A stretch of 24,890 nt of DNA from a bacterium (GTDB lineage: Bacteria; Eisenbacteria; RBG-16-71-46). The DNA lies in NCBI GenBank assembly GCA_043779265.1, contig JAYWEM010000070.1, positions 1 to 24,890 on the forward strand, read 5' to 3'. The translations under genes and the position numbers were made by a program. Shown here piece after piece: positions 1 through 8,866 of the stretch; position 1 is the stretch's first letter, and every line of letters starts with the position of its first letter. The notes under the pieces are model-generated. The model saw only the letters and a program-made list of their open reading frames with translations. It did not search any database and was not told the DNA's origin.

Positions 1-1
1 C

Positions 2-1843
2 ATCGCCATCAAAGTGGACCGCGAGGAGCGCCCCGACGTGGACCGTATCTACATGACGGCGATGCAGGCGATGGGACAGGGGGGTGGCTGGCCGCTCAAC
101 GCGTTCCTCGCGCCGACGCTCGAGCCGTTCTTCGGGGGCACCTACTTCCCGCCGACGACACGGCAGGGCCGCATGGGAATGGTCGACTTGCTGCCGCGCA
201 TCGCCGAGGCGTGGCGGACGCAGCGCGACGCGATCACCGCGACCTCTGAGCGCGTGCGCGAGCTATTGACGACGATCTCGACGCCCGATCGCGATGCCGA
301 GTCCCTCGAACAGCTGGAGCGCGGTTGCATCGACTGGCTCGAGCGCGCGCACGATGCGACGCACGGCGGCTTCGGCAACGCCCCCAAGTTCCCGAGCCCG
401 GGCAATCTGACCTTCCTGTTCCGTTGGTGGGCGCGCGACCCCGATGCGCGAGCACACGCGCTCGCGATGGCGGTGGGTCAGCTCGACGCGATGCGCCGAG
501 GCGGCATCCACGATCATGTCGGCGGCGGATTCCATCGCTACGCGACCGACCGGAACTGGCTCGTGCCGCACTTCGAGAAGATGCTCTACGACCAGGCGCT
601 GATCGTGGACAACCTGCTCGATGGGTTCGCGGCGACCGGTGATCCGCGCCTCGCCGAGGCGGCGAGGCGCACCTTCGAGTACGTCGCGCGCGACCTGACG
701 TCGGCGGAAGGCGCGTTCCTCAGCGCCGAGGACGCCGACGCCGAGGGTGAGGAGGGCCGCTTCCATGTCTGGACGCCCGCGCAACTGTCCAGCGTGCTCG
801 ATCCCGAGGACCTCGCGCTGGTGCTCGCGCATCATGGCGTGACGGAGGAGGGCAACTTCGAGCACCGCACCACCATTCTCCACGAGGCCCGCCCCCTCGC
901 CGAGGTCGCGCGCGAGGCAGGTGTGAGCGAGGTCGAAGCAGCAGCGCGCCTCGATCGGGCACGGGCGAAGCTTCTGAGCACGCGCGAACAGCGCACGCGG
1001 CCCCATCTCGACGACAAGGTGCTCACCGCGTGGAACGGCCTCATGATCGCGACTTCGGCGCGCGCAGCCCGGCTGCTCCGCAACCCGTCTCTTGCCGAGC
1101 GCGCGGCCACGGCGGCCGAGTTCGTGTGGTCGAGCCTTCGCGCCGAGGATGGATCGTTGCTGCGCAGCTGGCGCCTCGGTGCGGCCAAGGGCGCCGGACA
1201 ACTCGACGACCATGCCTACTTCGCGCGCGCCTGCCTCGAGTTGTACGCCGCCACGTTCGATGTGCTCTGGCTCGAGCGGGCGATCTCGATCACCGAGACG
1301 ATGCTCGATCATTTCTGGGATGATCGGGACGGCGCTTGTTTCGAGAGCCCCGCGGGCGACCCGAGCATCCTGGTGCGCATGAAGGACGGATTCGACGGCG
1401 CCGAGCTGGCGGGCAACTCGATCGCGGCGCTCGTGCTGGTGCGACTCGCGGGGATCACTGGCCGGGAGGACCTGCGCGAGAAGTCCGAGCGCATCGTCTC
1501 GTTCCACGCGCGGCGCCTGGCGGGCAACCCGTGGGCGATGCCGCAGATGCTCGTCGCGATGGACCTGTTCACCCGCCCCGGCCGGCACATCGTGATCGCG
1601 GGGGAGCGAGGCGCCCCCGACACCGACGCGATGCTCGATGCCGCATCGACGGGCGCGCGCCCGTTCGACGACGTGCTGTTCATCATGCCCGATTCGCACG
1701 AACGACTCGCACGGGTCGCTCCTTTCACTGCGACGCTGCGAGCGAGTGAGGGCCGGGCCACCGCCTTCGTCTGCATCGATCGCGCGTGCCGCCTTCCCAC
1801 GACCGATCCCGAAGCGCTCACGGCGCAGCTCGCCGGCGCCTGA
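2..1843 (+). CDS. yyaL: Thioredoxin-domain/six-hairpin glycosidase-like protein, YyaL/SPATA20 (DUF255) family; 5' end lies outside the window
   Basis: Frame is open from base 2 (IAIKVDREERPDVD). Family motifs: GGWPL, FFGGTYFP, GGFGNAPKFP, GGIHDHVGGGFHRY, VPHFEKMLYDQA, DDKVLTAWNGLMI, and C-terminal FVCIDRACRLP. Confidence 0.93.
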   Translation: MAIKVDREERPDVDRIYMTAMQAMGQGGGWPLNAFLAPTLEPFFGGTYFPPTTRQGRMGMVDLLPRIAEAWRTQRDAITATSERVRELLTTISTPDRDAESLEQLERGCIDWLERAHDATHGGFGNAPKFPSPGNLTFLFRWWARDPDARAHALAMAVGQLDAMRRGGIHDHVGGGFHRYATDRNWLVPHFEKMLYDQALIVDNLLDGFAATGDPRLAEAARRTFEYVARDLTSAEGAFLSAEDADAEGEEGRFHVWTPAQLSSVLDPEDLALVLAHHGVTEEGNFEHRTTILHEARPLAEVAREAGVSEVEAAARLDRARAKLLSTREQRTRPHLDDKVLTAWNGLMIATSARAARLLRNPSLAERAATAAEFVWSSLRAEDGSLLRSWRLGAAKGAGQLDDHAYFARACLELYAATFDVLWLERAISITETMLDHFWDDRDGACFESPAGDPSILVRMKDGFDGAELAGNSIAALVLVRLAGITGREDLREKSERIVSFHARRLAGNPWAMPQMLVAMDLFTRPGRHIVIAGERGAPDTDAMLDAASTGARPFDDVLFIMPDSHERLARVAPFTATLRASEGRATAFVCIDRACRLPTTDPEALTAQLAGA

Positions 1844-1868
1844 AGCCATGTTCTCAAGGAGACCACCG

Positions 1869-3707
1869 ATGCGGCGACTGATGCTCCGATTGTCCCTCGT
1901 CCTGTCCGTGCTGGCCGTGACGGCTTTCGCACCCGCGCTTGCGCAGAACGCTCCGCCATCACCCGAGCAACTCGTACAGACGAAGGCGGCGCCCGTGACG
2001 ATCGCCGCGGGCGGCCGCGCCGAGGTCCGGGTCGAGCTCACGATCGCCCACCCCTGGCACATCAACGCCAACCCGCCCGCTCTCGACTACAACATCCCGA
2101 CCGAGGTCTCACTCGCCGCCGCGCACGGGCTGCGCGCCGGTCGCCCGAAGTACCCGGCGGGCAAGTCGATGATGTTCGCGTTCGAGGATCAGCCGCTGCT
2201 GGTCTATGACGGCAAGACGACCGTGACGTTGCCGCTCGCGGCAGATGCCGCAGCTGCGCCCGGAACGCACACGTTGAGCGGCCGGGTCGACTTCCAGGCG
2301 TGCGATGACAACGTCTGCCTGCCTCCGGCCGAGGTCGTGTTCTCGGTCGCCGTCACCGTGACTGCCGCGGATGCTGCCGCCCCGCCTGTCATCGAGCCAT
2401 TCGACACACTCGAGACCGCGCCGGCCGACACTGCATCGCCCGAGGGGTTCATGACCGCTCCGCCGGACGATGCCACGGGGCAGGCCCAGTCGCGTCTGAC
2501 GCAGGCGCTCGAGGGTGGCGCTTTCGGCTGGTTCCTCGCGCTCTTCCTCGGCGGCATCCTGCTCAACCTGACCCCGTGCGTGTTCCCGATGCTGGGCGTC
2601 ACGGTCAGCATCTTCGGCGGTCGTCGTTCCGAGCCGCTGCCCAAGGTGATGCTGGCCGCCGTGCTCTACCTGCTCGGGATCGCGGCGATGTACACCGCCC
2701 TCGGCGTGGTGGCGGCGCTGACCGGCGGACTGTTCGGCGCGGCGCTGCAGAGCCCGTGGGTCAACATCGGCCTCGGCGTGCTGCTGCTGGGTCTCTCGCT
2801 CGGGATGTTCGGGATGTTCGAGATGCAGGCGCCCACTTGGGTGCTCGACCGCCTGGGTGGCGCCAACACCGCGAGCCTCGCGGGCGTGTTCCTCTCCGGG
2901 CTCGGTGTCGGCATCATCGCGGCGCCCTGCGTGGGCCCGTTCATCGTCGCCGTGCTGGCGCTGATCGCGCAGAAGCAGAGCGTCGCCTTCGGCGTGCAGA
3001 CCATGTTCACCATCGCGGTCGGACTCGGCTTCCCGTACCTGTTCCTCGCGATGTTCTCGAACCTGCTGCAGGTGCTGCCGCGGCAGGGTGCCTGGATGGT
3101 CTGGATCAAGAAGGTGTTCGGCGTGATCCTCGCCACCATCGGTCTCTCGTATGTCGCGATCGGCCTGTTGCCCGCGCTCGCGCCTTACGTCGTCCCGGCC
3201 GGGCTGCTGATGGGCGGGCTCTATCTCGGATTCATGGAGAAGAGTGACAACGCGCGCGCGGCGTTCCGCACCACCAAGCGCGTGCTCGGCACGCTCGCCG
3301 TGCTCGCCGGTATCGCACTCGTGCTCCAGGTCGTGCGTGCCAAGTCGAGCGCGATCGCGTTCGCGCCCTACAGCGAGCAGGCGGTGGCGGCGAGCCTCGC
3401 CTCGGGCCGTCCGGTGATGCTCGAGTTCTCGGCTGACTGGTGCGTGCCGTGCCACGAGATGGAGCTGCATACGTTCGTGGCGAGCGAGGTGCTGAAGGAG
3501 GCGCGTGCGTTCGATCCCTACAAGGTCGACCTCACCAAGTTCAATGCCGAGTCCTCGAAGCAGGCGCGCGAGCGCTACGAGGTCACGGGTGTGCCGACGG
3601 TGCTGTTCCTTCTGCCGGACGGCAGCGAAGTGCGCGAGGCACGGGTGGTCGGGTTCATGGGGCCCGGTCCGTTCGTCGAGCGAATGCGCCAGGCTTCGGG
3701 CAAGTGA
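1869..3707 (+). CDS. dsbD: Protein-disulfide reductase DsbD family (612 aa)
   Basis: AAGGAG RBS at 1856-1861 before ATG 1869. Signal peptide ending ALA-Q, N-domain ACDDNVCLPP, transmembrane domain with LNLTPCVFPM and APCVGPF, and C-terminal thioredoxin domain FSADWCVPC with cis-Pro loop GVPT. Confidence 0.93.
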   Translation: MRRLMLRLSLVLSVLAVTAFAPALAQNAPPSPEQLVQTKAAPVTIAAGGRAEVRVELTIAHPWHINANPPALDYNIPTEVSLAAAHGLRAGRPKYPAGKSMMFAFEDQPLLVYDGKTTVTLPLAADAAAAPGTHTLSGRVDFQACDDNVCLPPAEVVFSVAVTVTAADAAAPPVIEPFDTLETAPADTASPEGFMTAPPDDATGQAQSRLTQALEGGAFGWFLALFLGGILLNLTPCVFPMLGVTVSIFGGRRSEPLPKVMLAAVLYLLGIAAMYTALGVVAALTGGLFGAALQSPWVNIGLGVLLLGLSLGMFGMFEMQAPTWVLDRLGGANTASLAGVFLSGLGVGIIAAPCVGPFIVAVLALIAQKQSVAFGVQTMFTIAVGLGFPYLFLAMFSNLLQVLPRQGAWMVWIKKVFGVILATIGLSYVAIGLLPALAPYVVPAGLLMGGLYLGFMEKSDNARAAFRTTKRVLGTLAVLAGIALVLQVVRAKSSAIAFAPYSEQAVAASLASGRPVMLEFSADWCVPCHEMELHTFVASEVLKEARAFDPYKVDLTKFNAESSKQARERYEVTGVPTVLFLLPDGSEVREARVVGFMGPGPFVERMRQASGK

Positions 3708-4111
3708 GCGATGCGCCCGCTCGGGCGGTGCTCGTCTACGCCGGCCATGCCGACACATCGGCCCGGCTCGACGAAGTCGTCTGGACGCAGGCGCAGCGCG
3801 TGCAGCGCGCGTTGAAGGCGCTGGGGCTGGCGTGGGGGGCGGCGATCGCGGCGGTGTTCCTGCCGCTGCTCCACTTCGTGCTCGTGCCCGCGCTGCTGAT
3901 CGCGGGTCCCGTGGCTGCGCTCGTCCGCTATCGTGAGCAGCGCAGCCTGCGCGGATTCGAGGGCGCGTGTCCGGCCTGTGGCGCGGCGCTCGAGGAGCGC
4001 CGCGCCATGCCGTTGCGAGATGAGGTCGCGATCCGCTGCGATGCTTGCGGACGCGGCCTCACGCTGAGACTGCTCAGCGTAGTCCGAAGCTCCAGCCCGC
4101 CTCGAGCTTGA
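3704..4111 (+). CDS. Small membrane protein with a hydrophobic hairpin and a C-terminal zinc-ribbon (135 aa)
   Basis: GTG start overlaps the dsbD stop (GTGA, 3704-3707). Hydrophobic stretch ALGLAWGAAIAAVFLPLLHFVLVPALLIAGPVAAL, followed by CPAC...CDAC. Confidence 0.75.
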   Translation: MSDAPARAVLVYAGHADTSARLDEVVWTQAQRVQRALKALGLAWGAAIAAVFLPLLHFVLVPALLIAGPVAALVRYREQRSLRGFEGACPACGAALEERRAMPLRDEVAIRCDACGRGLTLRLLSVVRSSSPPRA

Positions 4112-4559
4112 GGTCCGGCGAATCGCCGATGCCGATCTTGAGGTCGGTGAAGAAGCGGTTGCCCGAACGGGTCGGGGCATCGACGCCCACGATGAAGTGG
4201 CCACCGCCGAACGTGTCGCTGTCGTCCCGAAGCGGGCCGCGCGAGTCGAAGGAGACGAAGTGAACGCCGATCCCGCCGCCGGCGTACGGCTGCCAGGTCT
4301 GGCCGCTGACGTCGATCCGGTACCGGAAGTCGCCGCTGAGCGAGATGATCGTGGCGTTGTCGCCGAACCCGATGTCGATCATCGGCACCAGGTCGATGTT
4401 CGGGCCGACCTCGCCGATGGTGAACTGGCCGCCGAAGAACACCTGATCCGGGCTGTCGCCGAAACCGAAGTGCACGCCGTAGTTGGAGAACGAGTCGGCC
4501 GCATGGGCCGAGGCCGGGATCACGACCAGAGCGGCCAGGGTGAGTAGAAGTTTGCGCAT
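4074..4559 (-). CDS. Small outer-membrane beta-barrel protein, OmpA/OmpW-like, probably 8 strands (161 aa)
   Basis: AAAGGA RBS and signal peptide MRKLLLTLAALVVIPASAHA. Alternating Gly/aromatic strands, including WQPYAGGGIG and terminal LKLEAGWSF. Confidence 0.85.
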   Translation of the reverse strand: MRKLLLTLAALVVIPASAHAADSFSNYGVHFGFGDSPDQVFFGGQFTIGEVGPNIDLVPMIDIGFGDNATIISLSGDFRYRIDVSGQTWQPYAGGGIGVHFVSFDSRGPLRDDSDTFGGGHFIVGVDAPTRSGNRFFTDLKIGIGDSPDLKLEAGWSFGLR

Positions 4560-4677
4560 TTCGAGAGTCCTTTCGCTGAGGGGGGAGCCCCATGGGGGAG
4601 GGCACTCCTAGCATGGCCGAGCGGGAGGGGCAATCTCCGCGTTGGTCCTGTCAGGCCCCTGGAAGGACCTCCTGCTC

Positions 4678-4686
4678 TGGTATCCT
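4678..4686 (+). promoter_or_regulatory. Putative extended -10 promoter element (TGgTATCCT) for the aspartyl protease gene
   Basis: TGn-TAnnnT match ending 34 nt upstream of ATG 4721, in an otherwise GC-rich intergenic region. No clear -35 element. Confidence 0.4.
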
Positions 4687-4720
4687 CTCACGCCTGAATC
4701 CGCCCCACTCCGGAGAATCG

Positions 4721-6619
4721 ATGTCCCGAACGTTCGCGCGCGCCCTCGCGGCCGCGGTGTCCATGTTCCTCGCCCTGACTTCCGCGGACAGCCGCGCCGA
4801 GATCTCGCCCGATGCCGAGCGCGTCGTGGAGCGCTATCTCGCTGCGACAGGCGGGCGTGCGGCATTCGCCGCAGAGAGCACCCAGTACTCGAGGGCGCGG
4901 GTCGAGGGCTTCGGCTTCACGGGCTCGCTCGAGAGCTGGTCCGGCCGGCCCGACCGACGCGCTTCGCGCACCGAGCTGGGCCCCTTCAAGTTGAGCGAAG
5001 GGGGGAGAGGCGGCACTGCATGGCGCAGCGACCCGACGACCGACCGAATCGTGACGCTTGCCGATCATGATCTGGCGGAGGCCGAGCGCGGGGCGTGGTT
5101 CGAGCGCGAGCGCTGGGCGGAGGCGGGTCACGGAGGCGGCCGCGTGCGAGTCGGCGGCACCGAGCGAGACACGAGCGGGGCTTACACCGTGCTCGAGGTC
5201 TCGGCCCCGGCGAGCGAGGCCGCCAAGCCTAGGCGCCTGTGGTTCCGCGACCGTGACGGCTTGCTGACTCGGATCGAATCCCCTCGTGACAATGGATTGG
5301 TCGTGACCGACCTCTCGGATTGGCGGATGCACACTGGGAGGTTGCGGTCGTTCCGCAGCGTGACGCGTGCCGCGAACATGCCGGCCAACGTGCTCGTCGC
5401 GACCACCGATTCGCTCGCGGTGAACATCGACCTGCACGGCGTGCAGTTCGACGCACCGGGCGCTGCTGCGAGCGGCGTGACCTGGGCCACGACACCGGGC
5501 CGCGCCGTCGTGCCATTCGAGTACCGCGCCCGTCACCTGTGGGTGAAGGTGCGCTTGGCGGACGGCTCGCTCCACGACTTCCTGTTCGACACGGGCGCCA
5601 GTGTCACCGTGATCGACAGCGCGTTCGCGGCACGGAACGGAATGCGCACCGAGGGGTTCATGCAGGCCGCTGGCGCGGGAGCCTCCGGCAGCGCCTCGTT
5701 CACGCAGTTGCCCGAACTCTCGCTCGTCGGCGCTGCGGGGGATGGCATCACCGTTCGTGACCTGCGCGTCGGGGTGCTGTCAGTGAGCCCTTCCTTTGCG
5801 CCGTACTTCTGGCGCGAGGTGCCGGGGGTGATCGGCTACGACGTGATCTCGCGCTTCGTCGTGACCATCGACTACGACAACGCCCGCATGACACTCGAGG
5901 ATCCGGCCGAAGGTGGCTATCGCGGCAAGGAGAAGCCGCTTCGCATGGTGATGAACGGGACCGTCCCGGCGATCAGCGCCTCCATCGACGGTCATGAGGG
6001 CGTGTTCCGGCTCGACCTGGGCTCGAGCAGCACGGTCGATCTGCACACGCCGTTCGTGCGCCGGCATGGGCTCGTCGCGCGGCTGAGGCACCCGATGCAG
6101 GTGACGGGCACCGGGTTCGGGGGCGAGTTCTCGAGCACGCTCGGACGGCTCGGACGCATGCAGGTCGGCCGCTACGAGTGGTCCGATCCGATGGTGACAT
6201 GCGCCGAGGCGGTCGAGGGTGCCTTCGCGAGCGAGGAATTCGCGGGCAACATCGGCAATCGGCTGCTCGAACGCTTCCTCGTGACGCTCGACTACGAGCG
6301 TCGGCAGGTGGTGCTCGAACCGAGCGCACGGGTCGCCCAGCGCGACCGCCTGACGCAGGTGGGCGCGCTGCTCGCCCAAGAGGCCGACGGCGCCATCGTC
6401 GTGCGCTCGGTGCTGCCGGGCTCCCCTGCCATGCGCGCCGGGCTGCGCACGGGCGATCGCGTCCGGAGCATCGATGGCCGCGACATCGGCAAGTGGAATG
6501 CCGGCGAGGTGGAGGACCGCTTCGAGCGGAGCCCGGCCGGAACGAAAGTGAGCATCGAGGTGGAACGAGACGGACGCGCGAGACGGGTTCGGGTCCGGTT
6601 GATGGAGGTTCTTCCATGA
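4721..6619 (+). CDS. Secreted aspartyl protease with tandem retropepsin-like domains and a C-terminal PDZ domain (632 aa)
   Basis: GGAG RBS and signal peptide. Domain 1 has FLFDTGAS...GVIGYD; domain 2 has FRLDLGSS...GNIGNRLL. PDZ: VLPGSPAMRAGLRTGDRVRSIDG. The N-terminal ~240 aa are beta-rich and unassigned. Confidence 0.9.
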   Translation: MSRTFARALAAAVSMFLALTSADSRAEISPDAERVVERYLAATGGRAAFAAESTQYSRARVEGFGFTGSLESWSGRPDRRASRTELGPFKLSEGGRGGTAWRSDPTTDRIVTLADHDLAEAERGAWFERERWAEAGHGGGRVRVGGTERDTSGAYTVLEVSAPASEAAKPRRLWFRDRDGLLTRIESPRDNGLVVTDLSDWRMHTGRLRSFRSVTRAANMPANVLVATTDSLAVNIDLHGVQFDAPGAAASGVTWATTPGRAVVPFEYRARHLWVKVRLADGSLHDFLFDTGASVTVIDSAFAARNGMRTEGFMQAAGAGASGSASFTQLPELSLVGAAGDGITVRDLRVGVLSVSPSFAPYFWREVPGVIGYDVISRFVVTIDYDNARMTLEDPAEGGYRGKEKPLRMVMNGTVPAISASIDGHEGVFRLDLGSSSTVDLHTPFVRRHGLVARLRHPMQVTGTGFGGEFSSTLGRLGRMQVGRYEWSDPMVTCAEAVEGAFASEEFAGNIGNRLLERFLVTLDYERRQVVLEPSARVAQRDRLTQVGALLAQEADGAIVVRSVLPGSPAMRAGLRTGDRVRSIDGRDIGKWNAGEVEDRFERSPAGTKVSIEVERDGRARRVRVRLMEVLP

Positions 6620-8862
6620 GGCAGTGGCGAGGCGCGCGGATGGCTGTGGTGTTCGGCTTCGCCGCGCTGATCGGGGTGTCAGGCTGCGGTAAGGGCAAGC
6701 TCTCCGGCATCGTGCCCGAGAATCAGCCGCCCACGGTGCGACTCACCGAGGCGCCCTCCAGCACGACACAGCCCTACTACTATGCGTACGAGATGCGGTG
6801 GTCGGGCTTCGACACTGATGGGAGCGTCGTGGCCTTCGATTACGTCATCGATCCCCCCACGCGGGCGGACGCCGAGACGAGTTGGGTGCGCACCACGGAC
6901 AATCGTGTGCTGGCGCTGTTCCGCGCCGACATCGCGGACTCGGCGCGGGCGCCCGCGGCGCGCGGCCTGCACACGTTCGCCCTGCGCGCGATCGATGACC
7001 GGGGAGCGCGCTCACCCGTCGTGTTCCGCGACTTCAATGCGTACACGGTCGTGCCGACGGCCAAGATCCTCCAGCCGACGCCCAATCGCTACCTCACGCC
7101 GCTGGTCGCACCGACGCTCCGTGTGGTGTTCACGGGCACCGACCCGGATGGGCGCACGCGCAGCACGCCGGTGAAGTACAAGTACAAGGTCATCGGGGAC
7201 GGCAACAGCGAGCTCCAGTTCATCTCGGTGCTCGTCGACCCCGATACGCTGCGCCGTCGCTATGGCCCGCACTACTCGACGTGGGACTCGCTGCCAGGAG
7301 AGGCGAACTCGTTCATCCTGCAGAACCTGATCCCCGAACGACGCTATGTCATCGCGCTCGTGGCGTTCGATGAGGTCGGTGCATCGACGACGACGTTCAA
7401 TTTCGACACCAACCTGCTCTACATGTACGTCTCGTACATCGGCACGCTGGGGCCGCGGCTGACGGTGTTCAATGAGTCGTTCTACTACCAGTTCCCGAGC
7501 GGGAGCTTCTCGCTCGACCCGCTCTCGTTCATCCGAAGTGAGGCGCCATCCGGGAGGCCCTTCGCGATCCGATGGAGTGCGATCCCACAACAGGGCTCGT
7601 TCATGACGGGGTATCGTTGGATGCTGGATGGTGACGTCGGCGACGAGACTCCGCGCAGCAACGAGCAGACCGATCTCGCGCATTGGAGCCAGTGGTCGAT
7701 CGGAAGCGAGCAGGCGTTGCTGCCGGCCTTCGAGCCAGCGCCCGGACATTCGACGGTGCGCAAGTTCTTCTACCTGCAGGCGCGCGACAACAACGACGCG
7801 ACGAGTCTCGCGGTCGTCGATCTCACGATCGTGAGGCCGACGTTCGAGCTGCCCCTGCTGTTCGTCGATGACACGCGATTGCTCGAGGACAAGCGGCTCA
7901 CGAACGGCACGATCGACCGGCCGCGCGGGGCGTGGCCGACGGCGGCCGAGCTGGACACGTTCTTCTTCGCACGCGGCGGCAATCCCTGGGCCAGTTATCC
8001 GGTGGGGATCGTCAGCCCGCCGGGCGTGTTCCTCGGCTACGACTACGACACGATCGGTACACGATTCCTTCGTGATGGGGCGGTCACGCTGGAACAGCTG
8101 AGTCGCTATCGGCACATCGTGTGGTACTCGGACTCCAAGGCGGCCCTGAATCCGAACCCGCCGTCCTACGCCCAATCGCCGATGACCACGCTGCGCATGC
8201 TGGCCACTCCGGGTCGCACGAACGTGCTTGCTACCTGGGTGACGCAGGGCGGCAAGCTCTGGATGTTCGGCGGTGGGATCGCGACGAGTCTCCAGAAGGA
8301 GTGGGAGAGGACCGGAACGCAGGCCAATGTGTTCTCGAACTCCGACGGCGAGTTGATCCCCGGGCGCATGATGTACGACCTGGCGAGATGGCGTTCGGAG
8401 ATCACGGCCGGTTCGTCCTTGCAGGCGACGCAGCCCGAGGGCGGTATCCGGCGCAAGTCGGGGGATCCGGATTGGAGCGAGCTCCCGAGCTACCTGTTCG
8501 GGAAGACCGCGGCCACGGACCCGATCGCGACTTACGCGCCGAATCGTTCGAGCGCCTCGGATTTCTACCAGAGCTCCTATGCGGCGGAGGCGATCTCGAA
8601 GGCCAATGTGGTGGTGGAGGACTTCGATCCGAGCCTCGATGGAGTGGACATGCGCTCGGTCCTCGACACGCTCTACCTCACCGTGGGCGGCACGGTCGGC
8701 GGCGATCGGCCGGTCATGACCACCTACCGTGGACTTCAGCACACGCCGCTGGTCATGAGCGGGTTTCCGCTGTGGCATTGGCAGCGCGCCCAGCAGATGC
8801 AGATCGCGGACTTCGTGCTGCAGCGCCTATGGGGGCTGCCACGGCAGAACGTGCCGCGCTAG
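6616..8862 (+). CDS. Large lipoprotein with repeated Ig/FN3-like modules and a C-terminal alpha/beta domain (748 aa)
   Basis: ATG overlaps the upstream stop (ATGA, 6616-6619). Lipobox FAALIGVSG-C. Repeated motifs WSGFDTDG / FTGTDPDG and FALRAIDDRG / IALVAFDEVG / FYLQARDNND. Confidence 0.82.
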   Translation: MRQWRGARMAVVFGFAALIGVSGCGKGKLSGIVPENQPPTVRLTEAPSSTTQPYYYAYEMRWSGFDTDGSVVAFDYVIDPPTRADAETSWVRTTDNRVLALFRADIADSARAPAARGLHTFALRAIDDRGARSPVVFRDFNAYTVVPTAKILQPTPNRYLTPLVAPTLRVVFTGTDPDGRTRSTPVKYKYKVIGDGNSELQFISVLVDPDTLRRRYGPHYSTWDSLPGEANSFILQNLIPERRYVIALVAFDEVGASTTTFNFDTNLLYMYVSYIGTLGPRLTVFNESFYYQFPSGSFSLDPLSFIRSEAPSGRPFAIRWSAIPQQGSFMTGYRWMLDGDVGDETPRSNEQTDLAHWSQWSIGSEQALLPAFEPAPGHSTVRKFFYLQARDNNDATSLAVVDLTIVRPTFELPLLFVDDTRLLEDKRLTNGTIDRPRGAWPTAAELDTFFFARGGNPWASYPVGIVSPPGVFLGYDYDTIGTRFLRDGAVTLEQLSRYRHIVWYSDSKAALNPNPPSYAQSPMTTLRMLATPGRTNVLATWVTQGGKLWMFGGGIATSLQKEWERTGTQANVFSNSDGELIPGRMMYDLARWRSEITAGSSLQATQPEGGIRRKSGDPDWSELPSYLFGKTAATDPIATYAPNRSSASDFYQSSYAAEAISKANVVVEDFDPSLDGVDMRSVLDTLYLTVGGTVGGDRPVMTTYRGLQHTPLVMSGFPLWHWQRAQQMQIADFVLQRLWGLPRQNVPR

Positions 8863-8866
8863 AGTC

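Noticed and set aside
263..3758. Long minus-strand ORFs (602 aa and 549 aa) opposite yyaL and dsbD
   Set aside because: Antisense shadow frames of high-GC genes. They are Arg/His-rich with no motifs, and the + strand genes have clear family signatures.
4575..4670. G-rich intergenic stretch with small hairpins (e.g. GGTCCT...AGGACC at 4644-4669)
   Set aside because: Stems are short and expected by chance at this GC content; no known RNA motif.
7012..8778. 588-aa minus-strand ORF
   Set aside because: Shadow of the lipoprotein gene; no recognisable domain.
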